From assembly GCA_041654095.1 (NCBI GenBank), contig JBAZED010000007.1, positions 585 through 64,584 on the forward strand: a DNA stretch of 64,000 nt. Reading direction: 5' to 3'. This document shows positions 47,159 through 57,411 of the stretch, piece after piece (the stretch's first letter is position 1; each line of letters begins with the position of its first letter). A program made the translations under genes and the position numbers. The DNA comes from Bacilli bacterium. Its GTDB lineage: Bacteria; Bacillota_I; Bacilli_A; RFN20; CAG-826. The notes beneath the pieces were generated by a model. The model saw only the letters and a list, made by a program, of their open reading frames with translations, was not told the origin of the DNA and did no database searches.

Positions 47159-48985
47159 CTAGTAATTAACTTTTCGTCTTCTCATTGAAATAAAGAGCAA
47201 GCCCAGTGATGAAATGAGGACGATTGTGAAGCCGACGAGAACCCACAAACTAGGATTCTGCTCATTCATTACTCGATAGTTTGATGAAGCGGCAAAGACG
47301 ATATTGTCCTCGCCATCGATCAGCCAGTTATCGGCTGCCAATGCTGGATATCTGTTGATGAGAACCTGATATCGGGCTCTGGCATCAGCAATCGTTTCGT
47401 CAGTGCCGTCGACAAATTCATCTTTTGCATCTGAAGAAATAGCGAGGTATTCGCTCTTTAGGCTGCTCCATGGAATCAAGCTGACATTTTGAGCTGTACA
47501 TCCCACCGATGTTTGCTCGCGGAAATAGACGGCGTAATTATAAGCGATTTGATCATTCGAAAGTGTTCCTTTTTGAATGATGTCAACATAGTCATAGTTC
47601 GCCCATCCGCCCTGATTGGTCGTGCCGGTTAAGACGATTGTCTGATTGCCTTGTTGCATGTTTAATGTCACGTGAGCGACACGGGGATTATCCCACCAAG
47701 ATGTGCTTAGAAGGCTCACTTCCACCCAACTTCCTTGGTTTGCCCTTATATAGGATGTATAATCGCCCCCATTCGCATATCGAATGTAAACATCATATAC
47801 ACCTGCTGATGCCGCTGCGTAGGTGAAAGATATATAGTTAACATTTGGCGTGACAAGATCAATTTGTGAAGAACTTGTTAGTGTCGTATGTGTTCCCATT
47901 TCACCAACAAAGCCATCATCCGACCAGTTCCCATTTCCTAAATCGCCAACACCTTTGAGAACGCCACCACCTCCCACGACCATATGATCTTCAGCTTCAT
48001 TTCGAAGCGGGCTGTAACTTGCCACTTCTTCATCTTTTAAGGTCAGGCTAATAAGTCCAATTTTCTCGGAATTATTAATTGGTTTGAATATTTCGATGGT
48101 GTTTGCATCGGCCACAAACCCATGACTAGTTAAGACATCAGTGGGGATTGTAACCGTATTTTGAACTGACTTAACTGTTTCGTAAACCGGGAGGTTATAA
48201 GCGGCTCCTCCATTTATCGATATTCCGAGTTCGGAAATACCATCTGTATACTGATCGCAAAAGTATTTTAAATCGACAGATTTTGTCGACGCTGTGGCTG
48301 CGACATCGAATTTGGCATTCGAACGCCAACTTGTATTACCATCATAAGAAAGCTCGGAAGTATAAACGAAAGCCTCGGGGTCATGGACACCATTCCCCGT
48401 GTAAGATAAATAAGTGTTTTGAAGGTCGGAGCAACCCGCTAAATAGACTCCTCCAGACGTATCCTCGTCGAGTAGAGTGACACCAGCAGGAACAATGATT
48501 TCATTGATGACACCCCAGTTCAAAATAGCAACGATAAAAACGTTTTTCCCTTCATTAAGAGGAACGTTTGTCAAATCATCATAGACAGTATTTCCCCAAC
48601 CGTTATCCGGGAATGAACCATCAAAGAAAAGAACGCCATTAACAAAAATTTTTACTGGGTAGGTGCCCGCAGCATAACGAAGTCCAATTTTGTAGGTACT
48701 AGTAGCTGCTGCATTCAATACAACCCGCCCATAAGACATATCCCAAATATTTGCTGGGAATGCCGCATCTTGATTTCTTGTAGAGATACCGTTAGACCAG
48801 CCTCCATCGTAGCGAATGCGATTCATTTGGAAGACTTGACGGGCATAGTAACTAGTAGTTTCGGCCTCCTCCGCGCTCGCTTTCTGAATCCCGGATTGGA
48901 TGATGTTGAGACTGACGCCAAGAAGAGCCATGGTTGTTCCGAGGCAGATTGTCGCCAACATGCTAAATAAACTACGTTTTTTCAT
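47159..48985 (-). CDS. Surface protein, signal peptide + C-terminal TM anchor (probable carbohydrate-binding, hypothetical)
   Basis: 608 aa. N-terminal signal, C-terminal hydrophobic segment plus RRRK tail, without LPXTG. Last gene of the GH30 operon. Confidence 0.45.
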   Translation of the reverse strand: MKKRSLFSMLATICLGTTMALLGVSLNIIQSGIQKASAEEAETTSYYARQVFQMNRIRYDGGWSNGISTRNQDAAFPANIWDMSYGRVVLNAAATSTYKIGLRYAAGTYPVKIFVNGVLFFDGSFPDNGWGNTVYDDLTNVPLNEGKNVFIVAILNWGVINEIIVPAGVTLLDEDTSGGVYLAGCSDLQNTYLSYTGNGVHDPEAFVYTSELSYDGNTSWRSNAKFDVAATASTKSVDLKYFCDQYTDGISELGISINGGAAYNLPVYETVKSVQNTVTIPTDVLTSHGFVADANTIEIFKPINNSEKIGLISLTLKDEEVASYSPLRNEAEDHMVVGGGGVLKGVGDLGNGNWSDDGFVGEMGTHTTLTSSSQIDLVTPNVNYISFTYAAASAGVYDVYIRYANGGDYTSYIRANQGSWVEVSLLSTSWWDNPRVAHVTLNMQQGNQTIVLTGTTNQGGWANYDYVDIIQKGTLSNDQIAYNYAVYFREQTSVGCTAQNVSLIPWSSLKSEYLAISSDAKDEFVDGTDETIADARARYQVLINRYPALAADNWLIDGEDNIVFAASSNYRVMNEQNPSLWVLVGFTIVLISSLGLLFISMRRRKVNY

Positions 48986-49002
48986 ATGATTTCCTCCTTT
49001 GC

Positions 49003-50352
49003 TTATTTGTGCATGATAATCGTTGTTATTGAATGGGCAGGGAGCTGTAAAGCGGTTCCTTGTCCTTCAAGGTGAAGAGAGGCGAATGCGCGATGTCCTT
49101 CGTTTTGAATGATGGTGATGATCTCTCCATTCGGATTTCGAAATGATACAGCCAAGACGTTTGGCGAATGATGCAGTTCGGTATGCAGTCTTACCGCACC
49201 GGGCATGACGTATTTCGAGAAGTGCCCGATGTAGTAGTAAGACGGATTGTAAATGATTTCCCTGGTCGAGCGATTATAAATAATCGGCGCTTCACAGAAA
49301 TTATTGACGTGATTAGGACCGCCGATTTCATCGACGACCAAATTCCAGTCGATCCAACCCTCGCAGAAGTTGTTAAAATCGTTGATCATGTGGCGGCCGT
49401 AATACTCGCCGTGCTCCCACAATCCGATCGTCAGCAGGCCATTGTGCGCGTTGTTGAGTTCGAGGCATCCTTCGGTGAAGAGCAGATGCTTATCGGGGTA
49501 TTTATCGTGGACCAGCGATAAATTTTCGTGTGCCGATGAAACATACCAGTGGTACGCCAATCCCCACACTAAAGCGCGCGTCTCGGGATTATCATAGATG
49601 GCATCTGCTCGATTTAAGATGTGATCGCGATTGTGATCCCAAGCCAAGATCTTGACATTGGCTAACCCGTTCTCTTTGAGGGTTGGAGCGAGGTGTTTGA
49701 GGATAAAGTCCGCTTCTTCTTGACCGGTGAAAAGGCAGGATTCCCAAGTTTGTGCCGCTTCTGGCTCATTTTGGACAGTCAAGTATTCAATGGCGATATT
49801 GCGCTTGCGCATTTCTTGTAAGTACCGCGCGATATATTTTGCCCAAAGCGGTTTGGCTTTTCCTTTTAGCGATCCGCCATAGAGCATCGAGTCATTCGTT
49901 TTCATATAAGCGGGCGGACTCCACGGGGAGGCCACTAGCGTCAATGATTTTCCGGCGATCGCCTTGGCGAGGTCGATGACGGGAATCACATATTTTTGTT
50001 CCCGCGACAGATCAAAACTTGAAAAATCCTGATCGCCTTCTTGAACATAAGAATATGAATCCAACGAGAAATCGCATGAGTTGATGACGGTCCTGCCGAG
50101 CGAATAATTCAATCCTTCGGTAGCGTAGTATGCGCGCATAATCTTCTCAATCGAGTGGGGTGAAGCGCTCATGATGTTGAAGCAAGCCGCTTCGGTGAAC
50201 GCGCCGCCAAAACCGAGGACTGACTGATACTTTCTTTCAGTAAAAACCTGGATATTTGTGAGTTTTTTGCGACATTTTGCGCTGAAATCATCAGCTTTTA
50301 CTTCTTGCCAATAATTTCGTTTTTCTCGAGTGCTTTGAATCACTTTAATCAT
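49003..50352 (-). CDS. Glycoside hydrolase family 30 (glucosylceramidase/beta-1,6-glucanase/xylanase-like)
   Basis: GFGGAFTEAA, SPWSPPAYMKTN and LTVQNEP align with GH30 (human GBA: SPWTSPTWLKTN, TAENEP). Confidence 0.8.
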   Translation of the reverse strand: MIKVIQSTREKRNYWQEVKADDFSAKCRKKLTNIQVFTERKYQSVLGFGGAFTEAACFNIMSASPHSIEKIMRAYYATEGLNYSLGRTVINSCDFSLDSYSYVQEGDQDFSSFDLSREQKYVIPVIDLAKAIAGKSLTLVASPWSPPAYMKTNDSMLYGGSLKGKAKPLWAKYIARYLQEMRKRNIAIEYLTVQNEPEAAQTWESCLFTGQEEADFILKHLAPTLKENGLANVKILAWDHNRDHILNRADAIYDNPETRALVWGLAYHWYVSSAHENLSLVHDKYPDKHLLFTEGCLELNNAHNGLLTIGLWEHGEYYGRHMINDFNNFCEGWIDWNLVVDEIGGPNHVNNFCEAPIIYNRSTREIIYNPSYYYIGHFSKYVMPGAVRLHTELHHSPNVLAVSFRNPNGEIITIIQNEGHRAFASLHLEGQGTALQLPAHSITTIIMHK

Positions 50353-50354
50353 CT

Positions 50355-53201
50355 TTATACCTCATTGGAAAATGTTACTTTGAGATAACCTTCCCATCTT
50401 TGAAAACGATAGACGCGACCATCACCGGCGATTTCTCGCGCGATATTAAGCGCCATATCCGATGTCATATCGCTATGCACACTGTCGATATTTAAGACAA
50501 TGTCATAATAGACGCCGGCATCGGTCAACTGCCCGAGGTCGACAGCGAAGGAAAATTTTCCGAGTTCAGCTGCTTCATTAGCGGCCGTCACAAGCGTCAC
50601 CTTTGATGATTCCGCCGAATCCAAATAGGTTATCAGCAACTCAGCGCTATTTTCATCGTCCTTGAAACCATCGACCACGAGGTATGGCACTCCGGCGGTG
50701 ACCTCGAGATCAGCGACGGCCCCGAAGTAATTCAAGTTGTCAAAAGCAATTTTGGCGAGGTATGACCATTCTTTTAAACCGTAGCGTTTTTGGCCGATCG
50801 TAAAATTGATTTTTTCCATCGCTGAATCTGGTAAACCATATTCAGCATCAGTCGTTTTATCTATGATAAGAATATCGTACCAAGTGCCGCTTTTCGTCAA
50901 CGCTGAACAATCGAATTGATAATCCAGAGAGGCTAAAGATGAGCTGGCAATTTCAAATGATTCGCCATGGACTTCCTTGATTTTAAGTTTTAAATCTGAA
51001 GGAGAGGCGCTTCCGATGATAGCGGCGGTGACATGGAGGATTGGCTGACCCGCGACATTGTTGAGCGTCAGGTGCGGCGCGTCAAATAATTTCGTGCCAT
51101 CGACGAGCGGATAAGAAACGAACTTCGTCAGACCATTCTTACCTTCCATCACCAAGAAATAATAAGGCTTTGCATCGTCGTAATTGTCATCTTGGTACGT
51201 TTCCTCGAGGATGTAAATCGGATCGACGACATCGCCTCCGGTCACATTCACCTGTTCGGCGGTCTCATCGAAAAGCGGTGAAGAGCTTCGATATATCGCT
51301 TTGCCATATGGGTCGCAGAAGCTGCTCCACGACGTGGCGATATCGAGGCCAAAAGAGATGGTTGCGATATTTTCTTCAACGACGACATTCGGCTGCATTT
51401 TTGGAAGAGAAAGCGGCAAAAAGGCCGTTTTCTGTCCGCTTATCGCCCATAGATATATGTCTTGGGCGTTCATATTGAGAACTGCTTTATATGTCGATTC
51501 ATCGATTTTGGCGGTCGATACGATTTCGCTCTCTTGATAAATATCGGACGCTCCCACTCGGAACTCGACATCGGCATATGGCTTATCCATCGCAATTAAC
51601 AACTCATATTGCTCAACGGATTTTTGAACTATTTCAATATGGCCGAAATCGATGCTTTCCGAGTAATCGATATGGGCGTCAGCCGGAGGAGCGACTAAGG
51701 TCACAATACTCTCGGGTTGGAGGCGGTAAGTGACGGCTTTATCATCCATCACGACATCGACATCTTCATAGGTTGTCGCATCGTTGTTAGCGAGGACGTA
51801 GACGTAAGCTCCGTCCGCTCGTTTATAGACAGCGCTTTTAATCTTAGCTTCATTATCGCTTAAGGAATCGATGAGCTGCGGTTTTTGGCCATCGATTGCA
51901 TAGGCAAATTTGGAAAGATGAGTGAAAGAATAGTAGGCGGCTGATTTGGTGATGATGTCTCCATCTGCGGACAGCATTCCAAAGCAGTGGGCTTCATTTC
52001 CTAGAACTGGCTCTCCTTCAGCGGTTAGAAGAGCGTTCCAATAAATCGACATGCTGACTCCGTGGCTAAGAGGTCCGATCGTCACATTAGCTGTCGACCA
52101 GCTTAAATTGGCGGCGAAATCGACGGACTCATCACTTTCCGTGATTTCCGTCATATAGTTTTCCATCGCCGGATAATTGCTTTCGTTATCAGACAGCAAA
52201 GAAGGATAAACCGTTGACCAGTCCTTCCCGTAGGCGTGAAAGGCAAATCCGGAAATGCGCTTTTTTAGCGCTTCGCTATTTTCGATCTCTTCGGCGAACA
52301 AATCGAATAGTATCCGATCCGATTCAGAGCCGACATTGTGATCATAAGCCATGATTTTGGTGTCGGATTTTTTGGCGGTGAGCCCTTCGTCGACTTTGGT
52401 CGCCACCCGTATGTATTGCGGTGTGCCCATCTGCATCGAGGGGTAATTGACATTGGCGATGGTCGGTTCGTTTATCAATGATAAATAGCTGATTTTGATG
52501 CCTCTTTGCCGATATTCATCAACGAATTTGACGAGGTAAGCGGCATAGGCGCTCTCTTCATCGGTCAAAGCATTTTCGCCGTGGCCGATCAGCGAACCGC
52601 CGATTAATGATTCATTTGTCTTCATCCAGGCCGGCGCGCTCCAAGGGGCGGCGACAAAAATGACCTGTGGATTTATCTCGTGGATGTCGAGGAGGGTTGG
52701 AAGCAAATATTCTTCGTCATCGCTCAATGAAAAATGGCTCAGATCATAATCCTTCTGCCCGGACGGCATGTCATCAAGCGTATAGAACGATGACGTGTTG
52801 GTATAATCGCTCGTTCCGATTGGAATGCGAACGACATTTAAAGCCCCTTGATCATGAGCAAAAAGAGATTCTAAGGCATATTGTTTTTGGTCTTCGCTGA
52901 GGCTTTGGAATAAATACGCGCTGGAATGAGTGATGGCGACGCCGGCGCCGTGGAAAAACCCCTTATTAGTTTGTGGATAGACGTTGACTTCGGTGTTGCC
53001 GCTGAACTCATAATCTCGCCACGCCAAATCTTTTTGGCGAGCTTGAAGTTTGGCTTTCGTCCCAGTCGTTTCATAAACTTCGACATAGGGCGAGAGTTTG
53101 GGATCGATTGATCGCATGCCATAGTAAAGACCTAGCGTCGTGCCGACAGCAGCGAGGACGACAGCGGAACTAATGATGACTAGAAGAACTTTCTTTTTCA
53201 T
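50355..53201 (-). CDS. Large membrane-anchored GH30-family glycoside hydrolase with additional C-terminal domains
   Basis: N-terminal signal-anchor. GH30 motifs FHGAGVAITHSS, APWSAPAWMKTN, LSLINEP. ~450 aa of extra beta-rich domains. Start overlaps the permease stop (ATGA). Confidence 0.65.
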   Translation of the reverse strand: MKKKVLLVIISSAVVLAAVGTTLGLYYGMRSIDPKLSPYVEVYETTGTKAKLQARQKDLAWRDYEFSGNTEVNVYPQTNKGFFHGAGVAITHSSAYLFQSLSEDQKQYALESLFAHDQGALNVVRIPIGTSDYTNTSSFYTLDDMPSGQKDYDLSHFSLSDDEEYLLPTLLDIHEINPQVIFVAAPWSAPAWMKTNESLIGGSLIGHGENALTDEESAYAAYLVKFVDEYRQRGIKISYLSLINEPTIANVNYPSMQMGTPQYIRVATKVDEGLTAKKSDTKIMAYDHNVGSESDRILFDLFAEEIENSEALKKRISGFAFHAYGKDWSTVYPSLLSDNESNYPAMENYMTEITESDESVDFAANLSWSTANVTIGPLSHGVSMSIYWNALLTAEGEPVLGNEAHCFGMLSADGDIITKSAAYYSFTHLSKFAYAIDGQKPQLIDSLSDNEAKIKSAVYKRADGAYVYVLANNDATTYEDVDVVMDDKAVTYRLQPESIVTLVAPPADAHIDYSESIDFGHIEIVQKSVEQYELLIAMDKPYADVEFRVGASDIYQESEIVSTAKIDESTYKAVLNMNAQDIYLWAISGQKTAFLPLSLPKMQPNVVVEENIATISFGLDIATSWSSFCDPYGKAIYRSSSPLFDETAEQVNVTGGDVVDPIYILEETYQDDNYDDAKPYYFLVMEGKNGLTKFVSYPLVDGTKLFDAPHLTLNNVAGQPILHVTAAIIGSASPSDLKLKIKEVHGESFEIASSSLASLDYQFDCSALTKSGTWYDILIIDKTTDAEYGLPDSAMEKINFTIGQKRYGLKEWSYLAKIAFDNLNYFGAVADLEVTAGVPYLVVDGFKDDENSAELLITYLDSAESSKVTLVTAANEAAELGKFSFAVDLGQLTDAGVYYDIVLNIDSVHSDMTSDMALNIAREIAGDGRVYRFQRWEGYLKVTFSNEV

Positions 53202-54085
53202 TCTTTTACACCGCCGATACTGATGCCCTTGAGAATGTATCTTTGCAGTGCAAAGAAGATGACGATGAGCGGAGCCGAGACGATGACCGAACCCGCCAGC
53301 ATCTGCGGGTACATATCAGGATTGTTCTGACCCGCGCTAATTAAAGATCCGAGCGAGCGAGCCAAGGTGAAGACCTCAGGCGATTGTGTGGCGACTAGAG
53401 CCCACATAAAATTATTGTAGTTCCACATAAAAGTGGTGATTCCCAAGACGACGAGCATCGGGCTCACCAACGGTAGAGCGATGGTAAAGAAAATGCGGAA
53501 GTGACCGGCGCCGTCCATGATGGCTGCTTCCTCGATTTCTTTGTTGAGGCCGAGGAATTGCTGGCGCATTAAGAAGACGTTATAAACCGACATGATAAAT
53601 GGCAGAATCAAGACGAGCAAGGTATCGTCGATGAGCAAGGTGCGGCTGATGATGAGATTGGGGATCGTCATGATCGCTCCCGGAACCATCATTGAGGCAA
53701 TCATAATCTTAAAGATTAAATCGCGACCCTTGAATTGCATGCGGGCAAAGGCATAGCCAGCCAAAGCATTAAAGAAAAGATTCAAGATGGTATTGGCAAT
53801 ACAGACGATCATCGTGTTGCCGAATACTTGTGAGAGATTTAAATATTCGATAGCCAAAACATAATTGTCGATAACGAAATGGATGTTGCCATTCCCATCG
53901 AGCGGGATGAGCGTAAAAATTGGGCTTTTGATCTGTTCTGGCTCCTTAAACGAAGCGGAGATGAGCCAGATGTACGGGAAGATAAACGAAATCGCCAAAA
54001 GGATCAGCACGGCATAAAGCAGAATGCGGGCTGGTCTGACGCGGAAGTGTTTCCGCGGCTTAGCGAGTCGCAAGGTATTTTCCAT
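53198..54085 (-). CDS. Carbohydrate ABC transporter permease (CUT1, MalG-like)
   Basis: EAA loop IEEAAIMDGAGHFRIFFTIALP. Start placed at the internal Met (MENTLRL…). Confidence 0.8.
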   Translation of the reverse strand: MENTLRLAKPRKHFRVRPARILLYAVLILLAISFIFPYIWLISASFKEPEQIKSPIFTLIPLDGNGNIHFVIDNYVLAIEYLNLSQVFGNTMIVCIANTILNLFFNALAGYAFARMQFKGRDLIFKIMIASMMVPGAIMTIPNLIISRTLLIDDTLLVLILPFIMSVYNVFLMRQQFLGLNKEIEEAAIMDGAGHFRIFFTIALPLVSPMLVVLGITTFMWNYNNFMWALVATQSPEVFTLARSLGSLISAGQNNPDMYPQMLAGSVIVSAPLIVIFFALQRYILKGISIGGVKE

Positions 54086-55010
54086 CTTTGACCTTCCGCG
54101 TGAATAATTTCCGCTCCTTGGCATTCGGCAAAAACCGCTGACCGATGAGCGTGATTGCCAATATCAATGCGAAGAGAATGTAACTCATCGCCGAAGCAGT
54201 TCCGACTTCTTGATAGCTGAAAATCATATTGTAAATCTCGAGCATAAACGTCGTGGTCGAACCGTCTGGTCCGCCCCCGGTCATCAGATACATCTGATCG
54301 AAGGCTTGCAGCGAACCGATAGTGCTTGTGACGCATAAAAACAAGATGGTGGGTGCGACGCCCGGGAGTGTCACGTGAAAGAATTTCCGAATCGCTCCGC
54401 CGCCGTCAATCTCACACGCTTCATAAAGTGAAGGGTTGATGTTTTTCATGGCCGAAAGCATGATTAAGACGTTATAACCGAGCCCTGACCAGACCGCCAT
54501 AATTGCCATCAAGGGCAAGGCTGTCGTCGTCTGACGTAAAAGGTTGATATTCGTACCCCATGCCCTGTTCATCGCCCCGACGACACCGTAAGTCGGGTCG
54601 ATCAAAAACATCCAAATAGCCGAAATGGCGACGCCGGCCGTGACTGAGGGGATGAAAAAGGCTGATTTGAAGAACTTTTCACCTTTGATTTTACTGTTGA
54701 GCATCGCCGAGACGATCAAGGTCACGACGACGCTGAGCGGCACGCTCATCAGCATGTATTGAATTGTCACCCACAGCGATTTCCAGAAATTGGGATATAA
54801 GATGCGGTTGGTGAAGAGCTCTACGTAATTATCAAAACCGACAAATTGAGGAGGAGTCCGCCAGTTCCATTCGGTAAAAGAGATGCCGAATGACATGAAG
54901 ATTGGCGCTAGTTGGAAAACGATAAAATACAAGATGAGAGGCGCGATGAAAAGAAACCCGATCAGAGCCGTTTTTCGCTTTTGTCGATTCTTGCCTTGTA
55001 CTACCATCAA
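54060..55010 (-). CDS. Carbohydrate ABC transporter permease (CUT1, MalF-like)
   Basis: EAA loop YEACEIDGGGAIRKFFHVTLP; 6 TM. Confidence 0.8.
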   Translation of the reverse strand: MMVVQGKNRQKRKTALIGFLFIAPLILYFIVFQLAPIFMSFGISFTEWNWRTPPQFVGFDNYVELFTNRILYPNFWKSLWVTIQYMLMSVPLSVVVTLIVSAMLNSKIKGEKFFKSAFFIPSVTAGVAISAIWMFLIDPTYGVVGAMNRAWGTNINLLRQTTTALPLMAIMAVWSGLGYNVLIMLSAMKNINPSLYEACEIDGGGAIRKFFHVTLPGVAPTILFLCVTSTIGSLQAFDQMYLMTGGGPDGSTTTFMLEIYNMIFSYQEVGTASAMSYILFALILAITLIGQRFLPNAKERKLFTRKVKDGKYLATR

Positions 55011-55034
55011 TTCCCCCGAACTGCGCCTCTAGAT

Positions 55035-56255
55035 TTAGAACAAGAGGATATTAGCCGCTTGAGCGGCGTCATTAAGTGATGTCTGGATGTCTCGCGGATT
55101 TTCATCGCTGAGGATTTTGTCGCTCAGCGCCGGACCCAAATATTCATCGTTGACGCGAATCCATTTCGGAATGACGGGCCGTGGCACTGACGTCTCCATC
55201 TGATTGATGATGGTGTTAAGTCGGTCATCGCTGCTCGTCGCGAATTCGCGAATTGCCGGGAAATTACCAGTGAAGTCAGACAGCTTAACAATATTTTCTT
55301 CCTGAAGCAAATACTCGATGAGCTGACCGCACTCCGCTTTCAATTTCGAATGGCTGTAAACGACGACGTTTTCACCACCCATATTAGAATGCGAAGCTGT
55401 TCCAGCCTTGCTCGGCACCAACGCCACTCCGTAATTGAGGCTCGGGAAATTAACATCTAAGCGATCGATATCGGACGATGACCCGAGTTTAAAAGCGACC
55501 AGGCCATTGCCAAAGGCATCCGATGTTCCGCGATTTATTACCGAAGTCGCATCGCTGCCATATAAATCCTTAATCATCTGCGCGGCTTCGACACCTTGCG
55601 CATCATTAAAAGCGACCTCATCGCCAGCGGTGGTCAATAACGAGCCTCCACAATTGGCGAGAAAGGCTTGAAAATACCAGCCGGCATAACCGCCGTTACC
55701 GATTCCATCGAACAGCGATTTTCCGCTTGGAAGAGTGGATTTGACGGCGAGCCATTCCGCCCACGTCGTCGGTGGTGTGGCAACGAGATCTTTGTTATAA
55801 AACAAAACGCTCGCCGTGACATTGAGAGGCAGGCCATACAATTTTTCGTTATATACGTTTGTCGAGTAAACGGAAGGGAAGAAGTCGACTTCGGCCACCT
55901 CTCCAAACGAAGCGAGCAGAGAAGATATATCGGAAATCGTACTATCTGAAGCATAGTCGGCGATGAGCGGCTGATCAAGATAGGAGATATCGGGTTTTGA
56001 CCGTCCGCCGAGCGCGCTGTTGAGCGCCGTGTTGAAACTATCCTTGACGACGAGGTTAAGTTTGACTTTTATTCCCGTATTATCCGTGAAGTCAGAAATC
56101 AGATCGCGGAAGGCATTTTGGTGAGCTTGCGTCGAAGGCTGATAAGCCCAAAAAGAGATAATGTCGCTATTCGCACCATTATCGCATCCCACCAAGCACA
56201 ATAGAGCAATTGGCAGAAAGGCGAGTTTTTTTTCGAGTGATCTTCTCATGTTCAT
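55035..56255 (-). CDS. Carbohydrate ABC transporter substrate-binding lipoprotein
   Basis: Lipobox LCLVGCDNG. Sized like a family-1 SBP. Located upstream of the two permeases. Confidence 0.75.
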   Translation of the reverse strand: MNMRRSLEKKLAFLPIALLCLVGCDNGANSDIISFWAYQPSTQAHQNAFRDLISDFTDNTGIKVKLNLVVKDSFNTALNSALGGRSKPDISYLDQPLIADYASDSTISDISSLLASFGEVAEVDFFPSVYSTNVYNEKLYGLPLNVTASVLFYNKDLVATPPTTWAEWLAVKSTLPSGKSLFDGIGNGGYAGWYFQAFLANCGGSLLTTAGDEVAFNDAQGVEAAQMIKDLYGSDATSVINRGTSDAFGNGLVAFKLGSSSDIDRLDVNFPSLNYGVALVPSKAGTASHSNMGGENVVVYSHSKLKAECGQLIEYLLQEENIVKLSDFTGNFPAIREFATSSDDRLNTIINQMETSVPRPVIPKWIRVNDEYLGPALSDKILSDENPRDIQTSLNDAAQAANILLF

Positions 56256-56313
56256 CTCCTAATGATAACGTTAACAATTTATGCAATCAGATTTAATAGG
56301 CCAGTCTGTCATC

Positions 56314-57279
56314 TTATATGCGGGTTGAATTTCCGATTTTTAACTCCGGTGTGTAATAGCTTATTCCGGCATCTACATTACGCGGATGATTTATTTTTTT
56401 TAGCAGTAATTTAGCGAGTTCAACACCAATTTCATAGATGGGTTGGTGGATGGTTGTCAACTCGGGTTTGATGATCAGCTCTTTGCCCAATCCGTCAAAT
56501 CCCGTAACCCCGAGCGATTCCGGCACAGAACGATTCGAATCGTTGGCAGCCTGGATGACGCCAGCTGCCAGATCGTCGCTCGAACAAACGATGCAGTCGA
56601 TCTCAGGATAGTACTTAAGCAAGTTTATACCAGCCAAATATCCAGATTTTGCGTTATTTGAGGTGAAAACGACATAATTTTTGTTCGCATCAAGATTGTG
56701 TCTCTGCATCGAATTTTGGTAGCCGAGATATCGATCCTGGGTAAATTTTTTGTTCTCGCTGATACCGACGAAAGCTATTTTCTTGTAGCCTTTTTCGATG
56801 GCGTGATCAGTGATCATTTCCATTCCCTTGATATTGTCAACGTCGATGCAATCAACATTATCGCTATGGCCGAACAACACGAGCGGCTTTTCTATTGAGA
56901 GCGTTTTTAAGTTCTCCTCATCTTCAATTGTCAGGCCCATGAGAATCAAACCATCGACAGTTTCGTGCTGATACCATTTTTTACTGAGCAAGACGGAATA
57001 GCCGTGCTCGCCGAGATAGCCGCTGATGCCAGCGCTAACTTGTAGGACGAATTGGTTTGTCGGATCGAGATTGTAGGGTACATACAAATATATAATATTT
57101 GTTCGATTGTATACTAACGCTTTCGCAACATTGTTTGGCGTGTAGTGATATTTCTTGACGGCACAAAGAATTTTTTCGCGTGTTTTGCCCTTGACTAAAT
57201 CAGGTTTGTTCAAAGTTCGCGATATCGTTATGGCGGAGTAGCCGGTTATTTTTGATAGACCTTTCAGCGTTATGCCCAT
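56314..57279 (-). CDS. LacI-family transcriptional regulator
   Basis: N-terminal HTH (ITLKGLSKITGYSAITISRTLN), then a periplasmic-binding-like sugar-binding domain. Confidence 0.8.
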   Translation of the reverse strand: MGITLKGLSKITGYSAITISRTLNKPDLVKGKTREKILCAVKKYHYTPNNVAKALVYNRTNIIYLYVPYNLDPTNQFVLQVSAGISGYLGEHGYSVLLSKKWYQHETVDGLILMGLTIEDEENLKTLSIEKPLVLFGHSDNVDCIDVDNIKGMEMITDHAIEKGYKKIAFVGISENKKFTQDRYLGYQNSMQRHNLDANKNYVVFTSNNAKSGYLAGINLLKYYPEIDCIVCSSDDLAAGVIQAANDSNRSVPESLGVTGFDGLGKELIIKPELTTIHQPIYEIGVELAKLLLKKINHPRNVDAGISYYTPELKIGNSTRI

Positions 57280-57411
57280 TTTGTATTTTTCTAAGTCTAT
57301 TATATTAGTAAAATGTTAACGTTGTCAATTTTATTAAAAATTATTAGGCCATCATCTTGCCCTTCATTCCTTCGCCACCTCTATTTTCTAAACTGATATA
57401 ATTATTTTGCG

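Noticed and set aside
47159-48985. LPXTG sortase anchor in the 608-aa surface protein
   Set aside because: The C-terminus has a hydrophobic segment and RRRK tail, but no LPXTG/NPQTN motif precedes it.
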